A stretch of 64,000 bases of DNA, from assembly GCA_951406725.2 (NCBI GenBank), contig OX597837.1:992001-1056000 (forward strand), read 5' to 3'. Position 1 is the stretch's first letter; each line of letters opens with the position of its first letter. The DNA is from Octopus vulgaris (taxonomy: Eukaryota). This document shows, piece after piece, positions 55,063 through 64,000 of this stretch. A program made the position numbers and the translations under genes. The notes beneath the pieces are model-generated. The model was not told the origin of the DNA. It saw only the letters and a list, made by a program, of their open reading frames with translations, and did no database searches.

Positions 55063-56424
55063 TTTATGAGACACTTTGCATGCTGGAATTTTGCTGATAT
55101 TGGCATTGGAATGTGAAATATGCCAGAGATGCGAGGCAAGCTCAGCGGAATGCAAGCGGCATGAGCGAGCGTGTGTTGTCTACGTATTGTGTACATACAC
55201 CAGTGTTACATATGTGCACGTTTATTTGTCCGCACCTCTATCCGTGTGTGTGTGTGTGTATATATATATATAAAGTGTGTGTACGCGTGCCCTACTATTG
55301 GTGTCAATGTATGTGTGGTTGTACACATATGTCCGTGTGGAATTTCGCGTGGCTGTTGCTGTGTGTTTGTGTATGTATGTGTCATTGTTGAGTGTTATAT
55401 ATCGGAACGGGAGTGAGGTTAATTGGTGTGGATGGTTAAAAACATGAATGGAAAGAATAAAAGAATGATCTAAAACTGTTATTACTTGAATGATAAATGA
55501 AGCAGAGACAATAACAACATGAATAGCGAACAGCGACAACGTATAATTAGATCCAACGTTATTGATGAGATTAGCGACATAGAAATAGCAGCGAAATTTA
55601 CCCAAGATCACAATATGAAGTCTTCAAAAACAAAATAGAAAATAGGTTCCCTTGCACATTAAAAATCGACCAGATGGTCGTGATTGGCGTGGCTTTTGTT
55701 ATAAATCTACCATTCTAGGGCTGACCAAGAAGTAATTGCCAACAGCGACAGAATCAGTTAATTTTCCTAATGATTCTTAATTCTTTTATGGTAAAGTTTC
55801 ACAGTTTTATCTCCTCGGGTATTTGGTCTGAGTATTTAACAGGTGATTTATTTCGTCGATTCCCCCTTCGTCCTCTTTTCGTGGAATTACGTTCCCTAAA
55901 TAGGGATCAGCCTGGTATTTGAAAGCCAAGTGTATAAACCAGACAACGACGTAAAGAAATATCAGATGGCCATTAAACGTGTTGTTCTTCCCTATTATGG
56001 TACTGAATCTGTAATCGACCACTTGGTAATGGTACCGAGGATTTAAAGGAATCGTCGTCATCATTAGCGTGCCCGTCGTTGGCACCATCACCATTGGCGT
56101 CATCGCCATTAGCGTCGGCGTCTTCCTCTTACTCATCATCATCATATTCGTCATCGGTCTCGCCATCTTTATCAATCGTTGTGTTTATGATCAACAGCGT
56201 AGTCGTAGTCACCGTCGTCGTCATCGCCGCTCTTATGATCTGTTGCTCAACCGATCAGTAAGTAACAACTCTTTAATCCTCTTAAACACGTCTGAACGAG
56301 TTTAAAGGAGAAAAAAAAAACAGAAAGAAAGAAATTAAAATGCATCACTTAAAGAAGGGACGTATTTGACGATATAGTGTCTAATGTAGTCCCTGGCACC
56401 AAAAAAAGACGGGATGGTCAGCAT

Positions 56425-56635
56425 TGGAGCTGGCAGAATCGTTAGCACGTCGGGCGAAATGCTTAACGGCGTTTCGTTCGTTTTTACGTTCTGAGTTCAA
56501 ATTCCGCCGAGGTCGACTTTGCCTTTCATCCTTTCGGGGTCGACAGATTAGATACCAGTTGAAAACTGGGGTCGATCTAATCGACCCATCTCATCTCTCA
56601 AAATTGCTACCCTTGTGGCAAAAATTCGAAACCAT
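56425..56635 (+). mobile_element. SINE family B, well preserved
   Basis: gagctggcagaatcgttagc ... gagttcaaattccgccgaggtcgactttgcctttcatcctttcggggtcga, followed by (ATT)n. Confidence 0.9.
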
Positions 56636-57074
56636 TATGATTATTATTATTATTATTGGCGATATTATCATCATTACAACCATCATCGTGATCATCATCA
56701 TCAGTAGCATCATTATATGCATCATTACTCTTGTCGTCATCACCACAACTCTAATAAGCATCACCATCGTCATCTTCACCGCCACCACAATCATTAGCAG
56801 CAGCAGCGTCATTATATGCGCCATTACCCTCGTTGGTATCACTACTATAACCCTCCCCCCGCCACTACCACCACCATCATCATAATTATGATATTCAAGT
56901 ACAAGAATGTTGTTTGTAAGTTAAAGGTGTTAACAGCAACAATATTGAATGACAAAAACGAAAAAAAAAAACCGCAATTACAACACAAACGGCGTAAGAA
57001 GAACAAGAGGAGGAGGAGGAGGAGAAAGTGGGTGGCTAGCGATAATAAAAAGCAATAAGAGCAGCGACAAAGCG

Positions 57075-57585
57075 ATCCTTTCTCATGTTGGCACGGGGCC
57101 TGAAATTTGTAAGGCAAGGGGGCCAGTCGATCAGTGGGTGGGAGGCGGTCGATTATTCTGACCTCGGGGTTTAACTTATTTATTGCCCACAAGGGGCTAA
57201 ACATAGAGGGGACAAACAAGGACAGACAAGGACAGAAAAAGGGATTAAGTCGATTACATCGACCTCTGTGCGTAACTGGTACTTAATTTATCGACCCCGA
57301 AAGGATGAAAGGGTACTTTTTTAACTGGTACTCTTTTATTTATCGATCTCGAAAGATGAAAGGGCAAAGTCGATGGAAAACAGAAACAACAATAACAACG
57401 AGAAGAGCAATTGTTTCTAGCTTCTGCAAAAGAATGGAAATTGTTTGTGGGGAGAAGGTTTCTTCAATTAAATGAATCCCCCAGCATTTAACTGGTACTT
57501 GGCGGGATTGAACTCTGCATGTAAAACGACGGAACAAACGCTGCATTTTCTTCGACGCACCGTGCATTCCACTAATCCATCGCCC
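57075..57585 (-). mobile_element. Cluster of nested or partial SINE family B copies
   Basis: ctggtact..tttatcga...gaaa.gatgaaa repeats at ~57275 and ~57325, with tail fragments at ~57085 and ~57175 and a head at ~57500-57585. Confidence 0.7.
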
Positions 57586-58014
57586 CTACAACAATAACGT
57601 TTACTGTGAAAGCATTAGCGGCCATTGCAACAACAACAAAAACTAAGAGCAATTTAACAAGTGGGGAATAGAGGTGTGGTGAGAGGAGAACCTTGGTCCC
57701 ACATGTGACAAATGACGTGGCATATTTGGGAAGTGTGGTAGCGGGGGGTGGGGTGGGGAGGGGTATTACGATTATGAAGAATTGAAGTGGTGGTGGTGAA
57801 GAGTGTGACGGTTGAAATAGTGGTGGGGTTGTGGCGACGTCAGTAATATTGTGTTGGCGGCGGCGACGCTAATTGCATTAGTTTAGATAGTTGTGGTGGT
57901 AGTAGTGGTGGTGGTAATGATTGTACTAATAGTGCCGGTAGTAGTAGTAGTAGTGGTGGTGGTGGTGGTGGTGGTGTTATGTTGGTACTAGAATAAATGG
58001 TTACTGTGATGCTT

Positions 58015-58195
58015 CTGCCTTGGTCTAGCAGACCCAAGATCAAAGCCTTTCCAGCTGTGACCAACCTGTCCTTGATGCATGCACAGACAATCCAGGTCTT
58101 CAATATTCAACATCTTTTTTTTACGACAATAGCGTGTGATTTGAGGAAGATTTGACTGCCATTTTTAGCAGATCGAGCGACCACGTAGAGGCTTT
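58015..58195 (-). repeat. Family C repeat
   Basis: gatcaaagcctttccagctgtgacca ... gtgtgatttgaggaagatttgactgccatttttagcagatcga. Confidence 0.65.
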
Positions 58196-60030
58196 TTAAT
58201 TTGTTGTTGTTAATGGTGGTAGCGGTGGTGACGCTGCGAGTGGCAGAAGCGGTGGTGGTTGTAGTGGTGGTGGTGGTGGTGGTGGTGGGGGTTGTAGCGT
58301 GAATGTTGACACCTTGATAAATTAACGTCTTTGAAAACAACACACAAGAAACAAAAGTACCTAATGCGCATGTGCGTATGTGTTTGTCTGAGCGCATATC
58401 TGTGTATCACGTGACATTTTCGTCGGCGTTACTATTGACCTACCACCACCACCGTTATACCCCTCCCCCCCGTACACCACCATCACTAATATGCACACCA
58501 CCTGCGCCACCATTTTCGGTTGCTAAGGCACTGAGTCACGTTGCTAAGATGAAATATGGAAGAATAAAGAACCGACACAGCCCCCCTTCCCACCACCACA
58601 CTAAAAAACTAAGACAACACAGACGAAAGTTGTAGCGGTAGTAAGGGAGAGGTGGTGAGGGGTAAGGTGGGGGAGGGCGATGGCGCTGCTGGTGAGACGA
58701 GATGGTAGTTGTGATGAAGTGGGGAGGTGGTGTGTGGTGGTGGAATGCTGGGGTGATGGTGGTAGTAGTGAATGGTAGGGTGATTATTTTCGCGTTATTT
58801 ATGGTTGTTGTTGTTGGTATGGTGACAGGATTGTTCTCTGGCCTCGTGTCATTTCCAACCTATCAGGTCTAGGGCGAAAAGCGTTCCACTTGTGACCATT
58901 TTGTCTTTAAAACCTTTGTCCTGAATAAACCCTTTTCTTAAATTTGTCCTAAACATCCATGCATGTTTTAGGACATTTAGTAAGCCCCTGTCGCATACGT
59001 TCGCAGTAATATAAAGCTTCACTTTCGTAAATTCCCAGTTAGTTTGTCCTGTGTATCACGTGTAACAGCATGTGTCAGACGAAAACTTAAGCATTTCTGT
59101 TAGAGACAGTTTTAATGTGACACTGGCGAATTGTATGTGGCGAATTTTCTCCTCAACGTCCATGCTTGGTTTCAGATTTTTTCTGAGTATTATAAAGCTT
59201 TCCTTTCCCAAGTCCCAAGCTATTTTAATGGTCAAAAAATATTAAGAACATGTATCATATACGCTGATTGGATGCCATGGAGATCTGTTCTGCGTATCGC
59301 ATAACCATTTATTAGTTGCTTGGTGTGGTATCGTGGTGTTACATGACGAAGTGTTGTTGGTTTGCTTTAAGTCGCCCTTGTAAAAGATCAGGGGCCATTC
59401 ACACGTGACCACCTAGCAGACATGACCACATCATACAATGTGTTGCTTCTATCTTTAAGTCAATACAATGTGATTTAAGGGAGTTTTGATTGCTATTTCC
59501 AGCAAATTGTGCTGCCACATTGACATTGGAAACTTGTAGTGTTGTGTACGCTATATAGTGGCATAGGGGTGGTGTTTGATTAATGATGTAGAAAGGAGAG
59601 AGAGGGGCAGAGAGAGAGGATGGTAGAGCCACAACAATATGTCGGTTTGGGTAACAAACAATCTGGCTTATTCTAGCTAAAACCATCGTCACCATCACTA
59701 ATATAATCATTATCATGTCCATCATCATCGTCAGAATCATCATTGCTGTCATTTTCCTCTTCTCCATTATTAGCGACAATATTAAAAGTGGAAATTAATT
59801 TCTAAAAGAAATCCTTTCAGCCTGTCCGTCTGTCTGTCTACACACAGATCGCGTCACCAATAATAGCCAACATCAGTTAAAAGTTTTATGCTTTATAAGT
59901 AATATAGGATTCTCTCTAAATCTCTTTCGAGGAATATATATAATACTCGATGCTTTTGATATCTCCTCTTTCTCTCTCTCTCTATTTAGCTCTCCTTTTC
60001 TCTCTCACTCTTGCTCTCTCTCTCACTCAG

Positions 60031-60063
<33 letters not shown>

Positions 60064-60259
60064 CATAAAGATGTGGAGCCTTCTGCTGTAAATGTCAGAT
60101 GAGGTGGGTTCCATAGTTTCTTGAACACCCTGATCAAGTGTTATGTGCCGTTCATTAAGCTCACTGCCTCCATCAAATCAACGTTGCCTGTTTAGCTGCC
60201 AGGTGTGCCATGCGTCAGATGTCCAAGTGATCGCAGACACGAATGGGGGAAAAATTTTT

Positions 60260-60350
60260 GCTCACGAACTCAGCACACGCCCGCTCTCGGAGTCGAAACC
60301 ATGCCCTTGCGATCGTGAGTACAACATTGTAACCACTAGACCACGCACCT
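60260..60350 (-). mobile_element. tRNA-SINE head
   Basis: ttgctcacgaactcagc...gagtcgaaacc...gatcgtgag...taaccactagaccacgcacc (A and B boxes on the minus strand). Confidence 0.65.
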
Positions 60351-60554
60351 ACACACACACCTACACACACACCTACACACACACACACATACACACACAC
60401 ACACGTATTTATTTGTGGGATCATTTCGGTTTGAACGGCAGTTTTTTAAAATAATTTCCACGTAACTAAACACTCTTAAACTTTGTATACTGGTAGAATA
60501 ACTTTAGAAAACATCTTTTTCTCTTGGCTTTATTGAGAAAATTAAATTCTATAA

Positions 60555-60850
60555 TATAAGCGGGACCAGCCATCTGAATGTGGCTAGGGACAGGGCGGGG
60601 TGGTGGTGGTGTTACTGATGCATTTAGCCCCAGGCGACTATAGACGTCACCAGGAGAGCCGACACCATCACGGTGTCCTTGCTAGCCTGTAAAGGGAGAT
60701 CAGCCTCCCCGAAGATACGGATGCTACACACGGACCGGTTTCGAGGTGGTCGCCTCTCGTCAGCGCATGGCAAGCACCGTTCTTCGTTGAGGGACTTCCT
60801 CTACAGGCTAGAAATATATAGATTTTCACTGTAAACACAGTCACTGGCGT
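60555..60850 (-). mobile_element. GC-rich Penelope-like/retrozyme-like insertion, homologous to the 38034-38559 arms
   Basis: Shares gccatct.aat.tggcta, ggtgttactg, tagccccagg, aaagggag.tca and the hammerhead in the same order with similar spacing. Confidence 0.75.
60727..60769 (-). ncRNA. Canonical type I hammerhead ribozyme motif
   Basis: The reverse strand reads catgcg-CTGACGA-gagg(cgacca)cctc-GAAA-ccgg-TC-cgtgtg. All core nucleotides are present, with a G10.1-C11.1 pair, GUC triplet and palindromic ACCGGT helix III. Confidence 0.88.
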
Positions 60851-61454
60851 CGTAAGATATTTGTTGTTTTTTTCTTCAATTTCTGCAATTTCAACCTATC
60901 AATGACGTCTATTGAGGTGAAAACATTCTGTGCCGTATGAAAATGTCCCTCGTTTAAGAAACAGATTGGGTTTATTTACATTTCTGAAGAAAAAAAGATA
61001 CCCATCCCCCACCCCTAGCCCTAACCCTAACTCTAACCATAAAATAGATTGAAATGCAATAGATCGATACTAGGGTCATAATTATGGGTGACAATTTCAT
61101 ATGACACCGCTAGAAAAAACTGCCGTTCAAACCGAAAAGATCCTATATTTGTATATACATATACAAGTGAATATATTCTCACAGCTCTCTCTCTCCCTCT
61201 CCCTCCTCTCTCGTTTTACGATTCTGATAACAGAAAAATGTTTTCCTTTTTTTTTCAAAGAAAACGAGGTCACAAAAAAAGATAAAAATCAAAACTCGTG
61301 GTTGAGAAGGGAAGAAAGTTAAACGAAAACATTTAACCATGTCAAGAATTCTTGTGTTCTTTCTGGTTTTTCTGTAGAAGTCTCATCAGTAACCACCAGA
61401 AACAATGACTTTGGCTCAAAGACAAATACTTTTTTTGGCTGCCATTGTGTCTCA

Positions 61455-61949
61455 TTGTTTCAACATTTCTCTCTCTTTATTTCTTCTTTCTTTTCACTTC
61501 TATTCTTCCCGCGCTCCTTTCAATGTCTCCGTTGTTTTTCTTTTTCATTCTTTATTTTCTTGCTTTCTTCTTCCTCATTTTATTCATTTATTTTCATTCA
61601 CTTATTTCGTTCCTCTGTTTCCACCTTCTTTCCTTTTTCATTCTATCTTTCATTCATATTTTCGTCCATTCCTTCCCCTCTTTCGTTTTCTTATTCTTTC
61701 TCCATTCCTTCTTCTCTCTCTACTTTCCAGTTTTCTTTCTTTCCTTGTTATTCTCATTCTCTTTCATTTTATTTCTTCATCTTCTTGCTTTCATTTCTTT
61801 CTTTCTTCACTTATCTTCTGACTCCATCTTTCATTTTCTCTCTCAATAAAAAACAAAATATTTAATCTTTCGTCTTTAACCTTATCAATTTCTTTAATCC
61901 ATTTAGCACTTTTGACACACACATACACACACACTCACTCACACATCCT

Positions 61950-62000
<51 letters not shown>

Positions 62001-62260
62001 ACTCCCCCTCTCTCTCTTCCCTGTCAATCCATACTGTCTCTGTTCTTCCGTCGGCAATTTGTCCTTAAAATTCTTTCTCTTTTCCATATCAGTCGGTGCT
62101 ATTTTCATCTGTTTTATTTTCTGTCTGCAATTTGCCCCTATCATCCACCTTTCTCTCCCCCCTCGGTCTCCCCCTCTCTCTCCCTCTCTCCCCCTCTTTC
62201 TCTCCCTACTTCTTTCTCTGGTTCTGATCCCTTATCTATTTCTTTGTCTATCTATATATA
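61455..62260. repeat. Pyrimidine-rich (C/T) low-complexity tract
   Basis: Directly visible; a similar tract is at ~46590-47020. Confidence 0.8.
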
Positions 62261-62745
62261 TATATTTGTGTGTGTGTATGTGTGTGTCTCTCTCTCTTTC
62301 TCTGTATAAAATCTCAAAACCAGAAAATTCCGTACGGATTTACGGATCAAATCCAAACTAAAATTCAGTAAGGACATTGCAGGGGCTGGGGTTTGTAGCA
62401 CCACAAATATTTTCGGACTAAAGCTCCTTCTTAACCAGTGAGAGGAAGAAATCTGTAACAATATTCTTCTTCGCCGAGGACGCCCCCGTTGAACAGCGTC
62501 GTTCATTTTATCGAAAAAAAGAAAAGAAAGAAAGATACCTAAGACTCTTTCTCAAGATCTGAAGAAATATTATTCATTATAATAGTATTTCACGAACATC
62601 AAATATCGAACCATTTGTGATTTTTTTTATAGTTATCTTCTATTTTATGTTTCTATTTTTATTGTTCATTTATTTTATTTTATTTTTCATATTTTACACC
62701 GATGAAAATATTGATCCACTCGAAACCTTTTACAATTCTAAAAAC

Positions 62746-62790
<45 letters not shown>

Positions 62791-62803
62791 TGTGTGTATG
62801 GAG

Positions 62804-62849
<46 letters not shown>

Positions 62850-63272
62850 AACTATGTGTGTGTGTTATGTGTGTATATGTATAAATGTTTGCATATGTGT
62901 GCATGTGCGTATATGTATGTGTATGTATATGTGTGTATAAGTATAAATGTATGTGCGCATATGTATAAATGTATGTATATGTGTAAGTGTGTGTGTGCAT
63001 ATATAAATATGTGTATATATATGTGTGTGCGTGTGTGAGTATATAGTATCAATACACAGACGCACACACGGCTTTTAGTGTTAGACTTATATTCCTCTCT
63101 CTTCTTCAGTTCCTCATTTCGCTGTTATTCTTATTGCTAGCCATTATATTCTTCATCTTTATAGTTTAAAACAAATAGCAAAAAAAAAAAGAAAAAGAGG
63201 GAAAAATGAAAAACAAAAATTAACTTTTCATTTTCTGGATGTTTTTCTAATAATTTTTCGCAATCCTCCTCC

Positions 63273-63321
<49 letters not shown>

Positions 63322-63371
63322 GTTATTATTGTTATTATTGTTGTTGTTGTTGTTGTTGTTGTTACTAAAAC

Positions 63372-63582
63372 AGTGAGCTGGCAGAATCGTTAGCGCGCCA
63401 GACGAAATACTTAGTGGCATTTCGCCCGTCGCTACGTTCTGAATTCAAATTTCCCCGAGGTCGACTTCTTTATCTTTCATCCTTTCGGGGTCGATAAATT
63501 AAGTACCCGTGAAACACTGGAGTCGATGTAATCGACAATTTCCCTCCTCACAAAATCCAGGCCTCGTACCTGTAGTAGAAAT
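63372..63582 (+). mobile_element. SINE family B
   Basis: gtgagctggcagaatcgttagc...ctttcatcctttcggggtcgataaattaagtacc...tagtagaaa. Confidence 0.9.
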
Positions 63583-63666
63583 GCTTCTTCTTCTTCTTCT
63601 TCTTCTTCTTCTTCTTCTTCTTCTTCTTCTTCTTCTTCTTCTTCTTCTTCTTCTTCTTCTTCTTCT

Positions 63667-64000
63667 TGCCTTTGCATTGCTTCTAACGCTAGAGATGTAC
63701 TACGGTGTCAGCTGTTCACTACCAGAGAACTGAGGTAACGCCTCTTAGTTTTCTAGCACCTTCCGGAGTATTCGAGCGGTTCCAAGCAGTGCTGTTTTCT
63801 GCAAGTGCTCCACCCTTATTGCAGCCCCTATTCCCCTATTTGTTGTAGGTACTTCTCGAGATTTTTACTCAGTGTTCCCAGGACTCCGACAATTATTGGT
63901 ACCACTACCACCTTTTTCATCGGCCACAACTGCTTTACCTCCTAAGCTAACTTGTCATACCTATCAACTTTTCTTTCTTCCTTATCGCATACATTGTTGT
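63667..64000 (-). mobile_element. 3' end of an R4/Dong-like RLE LINE, running off the window
   Basis: Manual translation gives KEERKVDRYDKLA*EVKQLW...VVVVPIIVGVLG, then after a 7 bp duplication frameshift LQKTALLGTARILRKVLEN* (stop at 63745-63747). This is typical of the R4/Dong C-terminus. It ends at (GAA)n. Confidence 0.8.

Larger units (their letters stand above)
60418..61143. mobile_element. TIR MITE (~29 bp TIRs) interrupted by a hammerhead element
   Basis: ggatcatttcggtttgaacggcagttttt pairs with aaaaactgccgttcaaaccgaaaagatcc. Flanks are TG and TA, possibly a mutated TA target-site duplication. Confidence 0.85.

Noticed and set aside
62252-62506. Minus-strand ORF starting AAAATG (MNDAVQRGRP...)
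   Set aside because: No recognisable homology, no clear donor site, and it runs into microsatellite.

Overview
This is AT-rich, repeat-saturated animal genomic DNA, intergenic or a very large intron. The SINE and LINE repertoire and the microsatellite density suggest an octopod cephalopod (inference). I cannot support any intact host protein-coding gene: nearly all listed ORFs are translations of (TA)n, (CA)n, (GA)n, (TATC)n or trinucleotide repeats. The real coding remnants all come from retrotransposons: a ~3.5 kb disrupted CR1-group LINE with APE endonuclease and RT (41304-44822, minus), a shorter copy of a related LINE with an inverted 5' duplication (32041-32862), and 3' fragments of CR1, RTE and R4/Dong LINEs. 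The window also holds many tRNA-derived SINEs from several families (labelled A-D here), three TIR MITEs and two Helentron/HINE-like elements. The most interesting signal is a set of type I hammerhead ribozyme motifs with palindromic helix III in Penelope/retrozyme-like elements, most of them next to (TA)n. Two of these elements (38.0-38.6 kb and 60.55-60.85 kb) are diverged homologues that keep a covarying rod-like stem around the hammerhead plus three downstream hairpins. Other signals are a SINE/LINE shared 3' stem-loop, repeated fold-back inverted duplications (two with a spacer of exactly 100 bp) and a young 286 bp local duplication next to a (TAA)n tract. All alignments and folds were done by eye and element boundaries are approximate.
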